The notes beneath the pieces are model-generated. The model saw nothing but the letters and a program-made list of their open reading frames with translations. It made no database searches and had not been told where the DNA came from. Shown here piece after piece: positions 21,701 to 34,034 of a stretch of DNA of 64,000 nt (positions are counted from its first letter, which is position 1; each line of letters begins with the position of its first letter). Both the position numbers and the translations under genes were made by a program. Source of the DNA: Flectonema sp. DT1601 (taxonomy: Eukaryota); assembly GCA_964019425.1 (NCBI GenBank), contig OZ025804.1:496001-560000 (forward strand). The letters are read 5' to 3'.

Positions 21701-24700
21701 ATAAATGTAACAGAGAGACAAACAAACAAAACAAAAATCCACCTGCGGTATCTTTCACCTCCAGCGACAGCCCTCTCACCTTCTTTGTCTATCGAAGACG
21801 CAGAAGCGCAAGACTCGCAGCACGCACACGAACGTACGTGAGACCTACGGTCTGCCGATTTTTTTTTTTTTTTTGTGGGGTGGGAGGGTGGTCGGGTTTG
21901 CGAAATTCGTTAGCTCGAGTAAAAAAATCCGAGGTTCACGAAAACGCCTCTGACGAGGTGGGGAAAAACTGAGAGGAAAAGGAAGGATGGGATAAATGTA
22001 ACAGAGAGACAAACAAACAAAACAAAAATCCACCTGCGGTATCTTTCACCTCCAGCGACAGCCCTCTCACCTTCTTTGTCTATCGAAGACGCAGAAGCGC
22101 AAGACTCGCAGCACGCACACGAACGTACGTGAGACCTACGGTCTGCCGATTTTTTTTTTTTTTTTGTGGGGTGGGAGGGTGGTCGGGTTTGCGAAATTCG
22201 TTAGCTCGAGTAAAAAAATCCGAGGTTCACGAAAACGCCTCTGACGAGGTGGGGAAAAACTGAGAGGAAAAGGAAGGATGGGATAAATGTAACAGAGAGA
22301 CAAACAAACAAAACAAAAATCCACCTGCGGTATCTTTCACCTCCAGCGACAGCCCTCTCACCTTCTTTGTCTATCGAAGACGCAGAAGCGCAAGACTCGC
22401 AGCACGCACACGAACGTACGTGAGACCTACGGTCTGCCGATTTTTTTTTTTTTTTTGTGGGGTGGGAGGGTGGTCGGGTTTGCGAAATTCGTTAGCTCGA
22501 GTAAAAAAATCCGAGGTTCACGAAAACGCCTCTGACGAGGTGGGGAAAAACTGAGAGGAAAAGGAAGGATGGGATAAATGTAACAGAGAGACAAACAAAC
22601 AAAACAAAAATCCACCTGCGGTATCTTTCACCTCCAGCGACAGCCCTCTCACCTTCTTTGTCTATCGAAGACGCAGAAGCGCAAGACTCGCAGCACGCAC
22701 ACGAACGTACGTGAGACCTACGGTCTGCCGATTTTTTTTTTTTTTTTGTGGGGTGGGAGGGTGGTCGGGTTTGCGAAATTCGTTAGCTCGAGTAAAAAAA
22801 TCCGAGGTTCACGAAAACGCCTCTGACGAGGTGGGGAAAAACTGAGAGGAAAAGGAAGGATGGGATAAATGTAACAGAGAGACAAACAAACAAAACAAAA
22901 ATCCACCTGCGGTATCTTTCACCTCCAGCGACAGCCCTCTCACCTTCTTTGTCTATCGAAGACGCAGAAGCGCAAGACTCGCAGCACGCACACGAACGTA
23001 CGTGAGACCTACGGTCTGCCGATTTTTTTTTTTTTTTTGTGGGGTGGGAGGGTGGTCGGGTTTGCGAAATTCGTTAGCTCGAGTAAAAAAATCCGAGGTT
23101 CACGAAAACGCCTCTGACGAGGTGGGGAAAAACTGAGAGGAAAAGGAAGGATGGGATAAATGTAACAGAGAGACAAACAAACAAAACAAAAATCCACCTG
23201 CGGTATCTTTCACCTCCAGCGACAGCCCTCTCACCTTCTTTGTCTATCGAAGACGCAGAAGCGCAAGACTCGCAGCACGCACACGAACGTACGTGAGACC
23301 TACGGTCTGCCGATTTTTTTTTTTTTTTTGTGGGGTGGGAGGGTGGTCGGGTTTGCGAAATTCGTTAGCTCGAGTAAAAAAATCCGAGGTTCACGAAAAC
23401 GCCTCTGACGAGGTGGGGAAAAACTGAGAGGAAAAGGAAGGATGGGATAAATGTAACAGAGAGACAAACAAACAAAACAAAAATCCACCTGCGGTATCTT
23501 TCACCTCCAGCGACAGCCCTCTCACCTTCTTTGTCTATCGAAGACGCAGAAGCGCAAGACTCGCAGCACGCACACGAACGTACGTGAGACCTACGGTCTG
23601 CCGATTTTTTTTTTTTTTTTGTGGGGTGGGAGGGTGGTCGGGTTTGCGAAATTCGTTAGCTCGAGTAAAAAAATCCGAGGTTCACGAAAACGCCTCTGAC
23701 GAGGTGGGGAAAAACTGAGAGGAAAAGGAAGGATGGGATAAATGTAACAGAGAGACAAACAAACAAAACAAAAATCCACCTGCGGTATCTTTCACCTCCA
23801 GCGACAGCCCTCTCACCTTCTTTGTCTATCGAAGACGCAGAAGCGCAAGACTCGCAGCACGCACACGAACGTACGTGAGACCTACGGTCTGCCGATTTTT
23901 TTTTTTTTTTTGTGGGGTGGGAGGGTGGTCGGGTTTGCGAAATTCGTTAGCTCGAGTAAAAAAATCCGAGGTTCACGAAAACGCCTCTGACGAGGTGGGG
24001 AAAAACTGAGAGGAAAAGGAAGGATGGGATAAATGTAACAGAGAGACAAACAAACAAAACAAAAATCCACCTGCGGTATCTTTCACCTCCAGCGACAGCC
24101 CTCTCACCTTCTTTGTCTATCGAAGACGCAGAAGCGCAAGACTCGCAGCACGCACACGAACGTACGTGAGACCTACGGTCTGCCGATTTTTTTTTTTTTT
24201 TTGTGGGGTGGGAGGGTGGTCGGGTTTGCGAAATTCGTTAGCTCGAGTAAAAAAATCCGAGGTTCACGAAAACGCCTCTGACGAGGTGGGGAAAAACTGA
24301 GAGGAAAAGGAAGGATGGGATAAATGTAACAGAGAGACAAACAAACAAAACAAAAATCCACCTGCGGTATCTTTCACCTCCAGCGACAGCCCTCTCACCT
24401 TCTTTGTCTATCGAAGACGCAGAAGCGCAAGACTCGCAGCACGCACACGAACGTACGTGAGACCTACGGTCTGCCGATTTTTTTTTTTTTTTTGTGGGGT
24501 GGGAGGGTGGTCGGGTTTGCGAAATTCGTTAGCTCGAGTAAAAAAATCCGAGGTTCACGAAAACGCCTCTGACGAGGTGGGGAAAAACTGAGAGGAAAAG
24601 GAAGGATGGGATAAATGTAACAGAGAGACAAACAAACAAAACAAAAATCCACCTGCGGTATCTTTCACCTCCAGCGACAGCCCTCTCACCTTCTTTGTCT

Positions 24701-27700
24701 ATCGAAGACGCAGAAGCGCAAGACTCGCAGCACGCACACGAACGTACGTGAGACCTACGGTCTGCCGATTTTTTTTTTTTTTTTGTGGGGTGGGAGGGTG
24801 GTCGGGTTTGCGAAATTCGTTAGCTCGAGTAAAAAAATCCGAGGTTCACGAAAACGCCTCTGACGAGGTGGGGAAAAACTGAGAGGAAAAGGAAGGATGG
24901 GATAAATGTAACAGAGAGACAAACAAACAAAACAAAAATCCACCTGCGGTATCTTTCACCTCCAGCGACAGCCCTCTCACCTTCTTTGTCTATCGAAGAC
25001 GCAGAAGCGCAAGACTCGCAGCACGCACACGAACGTACGTGAGACCTACGGTCTGCCGATTTTTTTTTTTTTTTTGTGGGGTGGGAGGGTGGTCGGGTTT
25101 GCGAAATTCGTTAGCTCGAGTAAAAAAATCCGAGGTTCACGAAAACGCCTCTGACGAGGTGGGGAAAAACTGAGAGGAAAAGGAAGGATGGGATAAATGT
25201 AACAGAGAGACAAACAAACAAAACAAAAATCCACCTGCGGTATCTTTCACCTCCAGCGACAGCCCTCTCACCTTCTTTGTCTATCGAAGACGCAGAAGCG
25301 CAAGACTCGCAGCACGCACACGAACGTACGTGAGACCTACGGTCTGCCGATTTTTTTTTTTTTTTTGTGGGGTGGGAGGGTGGTCGGGTTTGCGAAATTC
25401 GTTAGCTCGAGTAAAAAAATCCGAGGTTCACGAAAACGCCTCTGACGAGGTGGGGAAAAACTGAGAGGAAAAGGAAGGATGGGATAAATGTAACAGAGAG
25501 ACAAACAAACAAAACAAAAATCCACCTGCGGTATCTTTCACCTCCAGCGACAGCCCTCTCACCTTCTTTGTCTATCGAAGACGCAGAAGCGCAAGACTCG
25601 CAGCACGCACACGAACGTACGTGAGACCTACGGTCTGCCGATTTTTTTTTTTTTTTTGTGGGGTGGGAGGGTGGTCGGGTTTGCGAAATTCGTTAGCTCG
25701 AGTAAAAAAATCCGAGGTTCACGAAAACGCCTCTGACGAGGTGGGGAAAAACTGAGAGGAAAAGGAAGGATGGGATAAATGTAACAGAGAGACAAACAAA
25801 CAAAACAAAAATCCACCTGCGGTATCTTTCACCTCCAGCGACAGCCCTCTCACCTTCTTTGTCTATCGAAGACGCAGAAGCGCAAGACTCGCAGCACGCA
25901 CACGAACGTACGTGAGACCTACGGTCTGCCGATTTTTTTTTTTTTTTTGTGGGGTGGGAGGGTGGTCGGGTTTGCGAAATTCGTTAGCTCGAGTAAAAAA
26001 ATCCGAGGTTCACGAAAACGCCTCTGACGAGGTGGGGAAAAACTGAGAGGAAAAGGAAGGATGGGATAAATGTAACAGAGAGACAAACAAACAAAACAAA
26101 AATCCACCTGCGGTATCTTTCACCTCCAGCGACAGCCCTCTCACCTTCTTTGTCTATCGAAGACGCAGAAGCGCAAGACTCGCAGCACGCACACGAACGT
26201 ACGTGAGACCTACGGTCTGCCGATTTTTTTTTTTTTTTTGTGGGGTGGGAGGGTGGTCGGGTTTGCGAAATTCGTTAGCTCGAGTAAAAAAATCCGAGGT
26301 TCACGAAAACGCCTCTGACGAGGTGGGGAAAAACTGAGAGGAAAAGGAAGGATGGGATAAATGTAACAGAGAGACAAACAAACAAAACAAAAATCCACCT
26401 GCGGTATCTTTCACCTCCAGCGACAGCCCTCTCACCTTCTTTGTCTATCGAAGACGCAGAAGCGCAAGACTCGCAGCACGCACACGAACGTACGTGAGAC
26501 CTACGGTCTGCCGATTTTTTTTTTTTTTTTGTGGGGTGGGAGGGTGGTCGGGTTTGCGAAATTCGTTAGCTCGAGTAAAAAAATCCGAGGTTCACGAAAA
26601 CGCCTCTGACGAGGTGGGGAAAAACTGAGAGGAAAAGGAAGGATGGGATAAATGTAACAGAGAGACAAACAAACAAAACAAAAATCCACCTGCGGTATCT
26701 TTCACCTCCAGCGACAGCCCTCTCACCTTCTTTGTCTATCGAAGACGCAGAAGCGCAAGACTCGCAGCACGCACACGAACGTACGTGAGACCTACGGTCT
26801 GCCGATTTTTTTTTTTTTTTTGTGGGGTGGGAGGGTGGTCGGGTTTGCGAAATTCGTTAGCTCGAGTAAAAAAATCCGAGGTTCACGAAAACGCCTCTGA
26901 CGAGGTGGGGAAAAACTGAGAGGAAAAGGAAGGATGGGATAAATGTAACAGAGAGACAAACAAACAAAACAAAAATCCACCTGCGGTATCTTTCACCTCC
27001 AGCGACAGCCCTCTCACCTTCTTTGTCTATCGAAGACGCAGAAGCGCAAGACTCGCAGCACGCACACGAACGTACGTGAGACCTACGGTCTGCCGATTTT
27101 TTTTTTTTTTTTGTGGGGTGGGAGGGTGGTCGGGTTTGCGAAATTCGTTAGCTCGAGTAAAAAAATCCGAGGTTCACGAAAACGCCTCTGACGAGGTGGG
27201 GAAAAACTGAGAGGAAAAGGAAGGATGGGATAAATGTAACAGAGAGACAAACAAACAAAACAAAAATCCACCTGCGGTATCTTTCACCTCCAGCGACAGC
27301 CCTCTCACCTTCTTTGTCTATCGAAGACGCAGAAGCGCAAGACTCGCAGCACGCACACGAACGTACGTGAGACCTACGGTCTGCCGATTTTTTTTTTTTT
27401 TTTGTGGGGTGGGAGGGTGGTCGGGTTTGCGAAATTCGTTAGCTCGAGTAAAAAAATCCGAGGTTCACGAAAACGCCTCTGACGAGGTGGGGAAAAACTG
27501 AGAGGAAAAGGAAGGATGGGATAAATGTAACAGAGAGACAAACAAACAAAACAAAAATCCACCTGCGGTATCTTTCACCTCCAGCGACAGCCCTCTCACC
27601 TTCTTTGTCTATCGAAGACGCAGAAGCGCAAGACTCGCAGCACGCACACGAACGTACGTGAGACCTACGGTCTGCCGATTTTTTTTTTTTTTTTGTGGGG

Positions 27701-30700
27701 TGGGAGGGTGGTCGGGTTTGCGAAATTCGTTAGCTCGAGTAAAAAAATCCGAGGTTCACGAAAACGCCTCTGACGAGGTGGGGAAAAACTGAGAGGAAAA
27801 GGAAGGATGGGATAAATGTAACAGAGAGACAAACAAACAAAACAAAAATCCACCTGCGGTATCTTTCACCTCCAGCGACAGCCCTCTCACCTTCTTTGTC
27901 TATCGAAGACGCAGAAGCGCAAGACTCGCAGCACGCACACGAACGTACGTGAGACCTACGGTCTGCCGATTTTTTTTTTTTTTTTGTGGGGTGGGAGGGT
28001 GGTCGGGTTTGCGAAATTCGTTAGCTCGAGTAAAAAAATCCGAGGTTCACGAAAACGCCTCTGACGAGGTGGGGAAAAACTGAGAGGAAAAGGAAGGATG
28101 GGATAAATGTAACAGAGAGACAAACAAACAAAACAAAAATCCACCTGCGGTATCTTTCACCTCCAGCGACAGCCCTCTCACCTTCTTTGTCTATCGAAGA
28201 CGCAGAAGCGCAAGACTCGCAGCACGCACACGAACGTACGTGAGACCTACGGTCTGCCGATTTTTTTTTTTTTTTTGTGGGGTGGGAGGGTGGTCGGGTT
28301 TGCGAAATTCGTTAGCTCGAGTAAAAAAATCCGAGGTTCACGAAAACGCCTCTGACGAGGTGGGGAAAAACTGAGAGGAAAAGGAAGGATGGGATAAATG
28401 TAACAGAGAGACAAACAAACAAAACAAAAATCCACCTGCGGTATCTTTCACCTCCAGCGACAGCCCTCTCACCTTCTTTGTCTATCGAAGACGCAGAAGC
28501 GCAAGACTCGCAGCACGCACACGAACGTACGTGAGACCTACGGTCTGCCGATTTTTTTTTTTTTTTTGTGGGGTGGGAGGGTGGTCGGGTTTGCGAAATT
28601 CGTTAGCTCGAGTAAAAAAATCCGAGGTTCACGAAAACGCCTCTGACGAGGTGGGGAAAAACTGAGAGGAAAAGGAAGGATGGGATAAATGTAACAGAGA
28701 GACAAACAAACAAAACAAAAATCCACCTGCGGTATCTTTCACCTCCAGCGACAGCCCTCTCACCTTCTTTGTCTATCGAAGACGCAGAAGCGCAAGACTC
28801 GCAGCACGCACACGAACGTACGTGAGACCTACGGTCTGCCGATTTTTTTTTTTTTTTTGTGGGGTGGGAGGGTGGTCGGGTTTGCGAAATTCGTTAGCTC
28901 GAGTAAAAAAATCCGAGGTTCACGAAAACGCCTCTGACGAGGTGGGGAAAAACTGAGAGGAAAAGGAAGGATGGGATAAATGTAACAGAGAGACAAACAA
29001 ACAAAACAAAAATCCACCTGCGGTATCTTTCACCTCCAGCGACAGCCCTCTCACCTTCTTTGTCTATCGAAGACGCAGAAGCGCAAGACTCGCAGCACGC
29101 ACACGAACGTACGTGAGACCTACGGTCTGCCGATTTTTTTTTTTTTTTTGTGGGGTGGGAGGGTGGTCGGGTTTGCGAAATTCGTTAGCTCGAGTAAAAA
29201 AATCCGAGGTTCACGAAAACGCCTCTGACGAGGTGGGGAAAAACTGAGAGGAAAAGGAAGGATGGGATAAATGTAACAGAGAGACAAACAAACAAAACAA
29301 AAATCCACCTGCGGTATCTTTCACCTCCAGCGACAGCCCTCTCACCTTCTTTGTCTATCGAAGACGCAGAAGCGCAAGACTCGCAGCACGCACACGAACG
29401 TACGTGAGACCTACGGTCTGCCGATTTTTTTTTTTTTTTTGTGGGGTGGGAGGGTGGTCGGGTTTGCGAAATTCGTTAGCTCGAGTAAAAAAATCCGAGG
29501 TTCACGAAAACGCCTCTGACGAGGTGGGGAAAAACTGAGAGGAAAAGGAAGGATGGGATAAATGTAACAGAGAGACAAACAAACAAAACAAAAATCCACC
29601 TGCGGTATCTTTCACCTCCAGCGACAGCCCTCTCACCTTCTTTGTCTATCGAAGACGCAGAAGCGCAAGACTCGCAGCACGCACACGAACGTACGTGAGA
29701 CCTACGGTCTGCCGATTTTTTTTTTTTTTTTGTGGGGTGGGAGGGTGGTCGGGTTTGCGAAATTCGTTAGCTCGAGTAAAAAAATCCGAGGTTCACGAAA
29801 ACGCCTCTGACGAGGTGGGGAAAAACTGAGAGGAAAAGGAAGGATGGGATAAATGTAACAGAGAGACAAACAAACAAAACAAAAATCCACCTGCGGTATC
29901 TTTCACCTCCAGCGACAGCCCTCTCACCTTCTTTGTCTATCGAAGACGCAGAAGCGCAAGACTCGCAGCACGCACACGAACGTACGTGAGACCTACGGTC
30001 TGCCGATTTTTTTTTTTTTTTTGTGGGGTGGGAGGGTGGTCGGGTTTGCGAAATTCGTTAGCTCGAGTAAAAAAATCCGAGGTTCACGAAAACGCCTCTG
30101 ACGAGGTGGGGAAAAACTGAGAGGAAAAGGAAGGATGGGATAAATGTAACAGAGAGACAAACAAACAAAACAAAAATCCACCTGCGGTATCTTTCACCTC
30201 CAGCGACAGCCCTCTCACCTTCTTTGTCTATCGAAGACGCAGAAGCGCAAGACTCGCAGCACGCACACGAACGTACGTGAGACCTACGGTCTGCCGATTT
30301 TTTTTTTTTTTTTGTGGGGTGGGAGGGTGGTCGGGTTTGCGAAATTCGTTAGCTCGAGTAAAAAAATCCGAGGTTCACGAAAACGCCTCTGACGAGGTGG
30401 GGAAAAACTGAGAGGAAAAGGAAGGATGGGATAAATGTAACAGAGAGACAAACAAACAAAACAAAAATCCACCTGCGGTATCTTTCACCTCCAGCGACAG
30501 CCCTCTCACCTTCTTTGTCTATCGAAGACGCAGAAGCGCAAGACTCGCAGCACGCACACGAACGTACGTGAGACCTACGGTCTGCCGATTTTTTTTTTTT
30601 TTTTGTGGGGTGGGAGGGTGGTCGGGTTTGCGAAATTCGTTAGCTCGAGTAAAAAAATCCGAGGTTCACGAAAACGCCTCTGACGAGGTGGGGAAAAACT

Positions 30701-32444
30701 GAGAGGAAAAGGAAGGATGGGATAAATGTAACAGAGAGACAAACAAACAAAACAAAAATCCACCTGCGGTATCTTTCACCTCCAGCGACAGCCCTCTCAC
30801 CTTCTTTGTCTATCGAAGACGCAGAAGCGCAAGACTCGCAGCACGCACACGAACGTACGTGAGACCTACGGTCTGCCGATTTTTTTTTTTTTTTTGTGGG
30901 GTGGGAGGGTGGTCGGGTTTGCGAAATTCGTTAGCTCGAGTAAAAAAATCCGAGGTTCACGAAAACGCCTCTGACGAGGTGGGGAAAAACTGAGAGGAAA
31001 AGGAAGGATGGGATAAATGTAACAGAGAGACAAACAAACAAAACAAAAATCCACCTGCGGTATCTTTCACCTCCAGCGACAGCCCTCTCACCTTCTTTGT
31101 CTATCGAAGACGCAGAAGCGCAAGACTCGCAGCACGCACACGAACGTACGTGAGACCTACGGTCTGCCGATTTTTTTTTTTTTTTTGTGGGGTGGGAGGG
31201 TGGTCGGGTTTGCGAAATTCGTTAGCTCGAGTAAAAAAATCCGAGGTTCACGAAAACGCCTCTGACGAGGTGGGGAAAAACTGAGAGGAAAAGGAAGGAT
31301 GGGATAAATGTAACAGAGAGACAAACAAACAAAACAAAAATCCACCTGCGGTATCTTTCACCTCCAGCGACAGCCCTCTCACCTTCTTTGTCTATCGAAG
31401 ACGCAGAAGCGCAAGACTCGCAGCACGCACACGAACGTACGTGAGACCTACGGTCTGCCGATTTTTTTTTTTTTTTTGTGGGGTGGGAGGGTGGTCGGGT
31501 TTGCGAAATTCGTTAGCTCGAGTAAAAAAATCCGAGGTTCACGAAAACGCCTCTGACGAGGTGGGGAAAAACTGAGAGGAAAAGGAAGGATGGGATAAAT
31601 GTAACAGAGAGACAAACAAACAAAACAAAAATCCACCTGCGGTATCTTTCACCTCCAGCGACAGCCCTCTCACCTTCTTTGTCTATCGAAGACGCAGAAG
31701 CGCAAGACTCGCAGCACGCACACGAACGTACGTGAGACCTACGGTCTGCCGATTTTTTTTTTTTTTTTGTGGGGTGGGAGGGTGGTCGGGTTTGCGAAAT
31801 TCGTTAGCTCGAGTAAAAAAATCCGAGGTTCACGAAAACGCCTCTGACGAGGTGGGGAAAAACTGAGAGGAAAAGGAAGGATGGGATAAATGTAACAGAG
31901 AGACAAACAAACAAAACAAAAATCCACCTGCGGTATCTTTCACCTCCAGCGACAGCCCTCTCACCTTCTTTGTCTATCGAAGACGCAGAAGCGCAAGACT
32001 CGCAGCACGCACACGAACGTACGTGAGACCTACGGTCTGCCGATTTTTTTTTTTTTTTTGTGGGGTGGGAGGGTGGTCGGGTTTGCGAAATTCGTTAGCT
32101 CGAGTAAAAAAATCCGAGGTTCACGAAAACGCCTCTGACGAGGTGGGGAAAAACTGAGAGGAAAAGGAAGGATGGGATAAATGTAACAGAGAGACAAACA
32201 AACAAAACAAAAATCCACCTGCGGTATCTTTCACCTCCAGCGACAGCCCTCTCACCTTCTTTGTCTATCGAAGACGCAGAAGCGCAAGACTCGCAGCACG
32301 CACACGAACGTACGTGAGACCTACGGTCTGCCGATTTTTTTTTTTTTTTTGTGGGGTGGGAGGGTGGTCGGGTTTGCGAAATTCGTTAGCTCGAGTAAAA
32401 AAATCCGAGGTTCACGAAAACGCCTCTGACGAGGTGGGGAAAAA
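15714..32444 (-). repeat. Tandem array of a 291-bp non-coding unit, ~57.5 copies, almost all identical
   Basis: Exact 291-bp periodicity. Minus-strand unit: 94 nt, A16, structured segment, U/C-rich tract, CAG. Indels occur only in copies near the gap. Confidence 0.99.
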
Positions 32445-32483
32445 CAATAAAGTACAGAAACTGTAGCTTTAGAATCGTTGGTT
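32445..32483 (-). ncRNA. 39-nt spliced-leader (mini-exon) sequence, diplonemid type, without SL intron
   Basis: Minus strand reads AACCAACGATTCTAAAGCTACAGTTTCTGTACTTTATTG, with the CAGTTTCTGTACTTTATTG 3' half shared by kinetoplastid/diplonemid SLs. It is followed by TTTTTCCCC, not a GT donor. Confidence 0.93.
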
Positions 32484-32745
32484 TTTTTTGTGTGCACCAC
32501 GACCCGTGAGTCTGTGATGCTGATTGCGCTGTTAGGCGCGGTTGTTCTTTTTCTTTCTTTCTTTCTTTCTTACTTTCTTTGTTTTGGGGGTTGGGGGTGG
32601 GAATCCCGTAGGCTTCGTATCTCCTTTCTTTGTTTTGATAACTTAAAACTAATACTACAGAATAAATTGTCCACTTGGACGACTTCAGATGTGTTGCAAT
32701 GATGCCTTCAATGTTGATATTCGAAATGTCGATGTTTTAATAATA

Positions 32746-33834
32746 CTACCGTCCTAATAGTTGTGCCAGTCTGTCTAAGGTTGTGACAAAACCAGTCATC
32801 TGCTGTTGATTCGCAGGTAAGTAGCAGTCCTCCAGTTGGCATGCTTCCTCTCCCTTGTCATTCATCATGTGACTGATGTATTTTTCCCTCAAGGTTTCTA
32901 TACACCAATGTTCGCATATAAATAATACATGATGTGCTGTCGCCTTTCCAAGTTTACAGAAAAAGCACAGCTCGTTCAGTCCTTTGATTATCAGAGATCT
33001 GCAATGTCCCACTCTAAAGCGTGACATCAGTACTTCCTCTGGTCGTGTTAGAGCTTCGATGTACGGAGGGTGTCTTACCTCTCCCGGTCCGATCCAGTTC
33101 TCCCGTTTTCTCCGCTTGTGAAACGTCATCAATGTTCCCATGTCAAGTTGAGTCGGCAGTTGTTTAATAATAACATCTTCGTGAGGTGGATCTTCCTTCA
33201 GGCCTGCAGCGAATTTCGCCAGTTGGTCCGCTACTTCGTTGTACCGCACGTTTCTGTGTGCCGGTACATACTGCATGTTGACTTGGATTCCCTTCTTCTC
33301 CAGTTTTATTGCCAACTTCCAGATCTTTTTGTTCATTGGGGACCTTTGTTTATATGGCCCTTGTTCCAATGCCTGCATGACTGACATCGAATCAGTCAAC
33401 AGGTGCGTCGTTGTTGTTAGAGATTCATGTTCATCCTCCGCCACCTGAACTAAATTTTCCAACGCCATTTTTACTGCAATCTGCTCGGTCCTATAAGAGG
33501 AACCCGCTACTGGTATTTTATATCCAAGTAGACGCATCTTGCTTCCGTTAACCATGACCACAGCGGCAGCCGAGTCTGTCATGTAAGTGTTGGGTTTGTG
33601 TCTTATCGACCCGTCAGTGTAGACTTTCATCTCGTGAGCTGGTAATTCAGTTTCTCGCTGTTCAGCCTCTTCCTTGTTGCGTGAATATGTGAATTTCATC
33701 GCATTAGTACTTTTCCATGGAGGGACAGTGTAGTGTTCTGGGTTCACTTCCAGGTTGGTAATGCTCCGGTAGTTGTCAAGGCCAGGGACACCAGAGACAT
33801 GGTCTATCCAGACATTCAAAGAGTTTGGTAGCAC
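32746..33834 (-). mobile_element. 5'-truncated ingi/L1Tc-like (I-group) retrotransposon fragment: RNase H plus C-terminal Zn knuckle
   Basis: VYTDGS..SSYRTEQIA..LLTDS..QYVPAH..NEVADQLAK, RFRVGH, CFFC..HVLFIC; no RT or endonuclease. Confidence 0.85.
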
Positions 33835-33883
33835 AGACGAGTGTAACCAAAAAAAAAGAAAAACGCAATAATTTCTTTTTTTA

Positions 33884-34034
33884 GGGGCGCTCTAGTCGAG
33901 GGGTAGTGTGTTTGGATTCAAGGTCTGCAGGCCTGGGTTCGATCCCTGCTCTGGTGAAATTTGGAGCAGCATGCCAAGGTGGAGGCGAAAACACCAGTGA
34001 GCTGCAGGAGAGCAATCCGGGTTGGGGCCCAACC
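33884..34034 (+). repeat. 151-bp tRNA-derived (SINE-head-like) repeat, copy 1
   Basis: A-box-like TAGTCGAGGGG, B-box GGTTCGATCCC, terminal hairpin GGTTGGG/CCCAACC; one mismatch to 37434-37584. Confidence 0.8.

Noticed and set aside
15734..32218. Repeated 62-aa ORF (MDFCFVC..) in each 291-bp unit
   Set aside because: Starts at GTG, runs through the pyrimidine tract and A16, and the unit has no ATG on that strand; a by-product of the repeat
32375..32440. HDV-like ribozyme from CCACCTC..GCTAA on the minus strand
   Set aside because: P1 and P1.1 could not be formed; the segment folds as a simple hairpin
15714..32444. Array as CRISPR, SL RNA gene array or 5S rDNA
   Set aside because: No variable spacers, no SL exon inside units and no 5S similarity
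32410..32445. Hammerhead ribozyme from CTGACGAG and nearby GAAA on the + strand
   Set aside because: Only 6 nt separate GAAA from CTGACGA, and no stem I/III with an NUH site could be built
32445..32483. Intact SL RNA gene
   Set aside because: No GT donor or SL intron follows the exon
33884..33957. Functional tRNA (Leu-CAA or Sec-UCA)
   Set aside because: Acceptor stem does not pair and the anticodon and T stems are mismatched; tRNA-derived only
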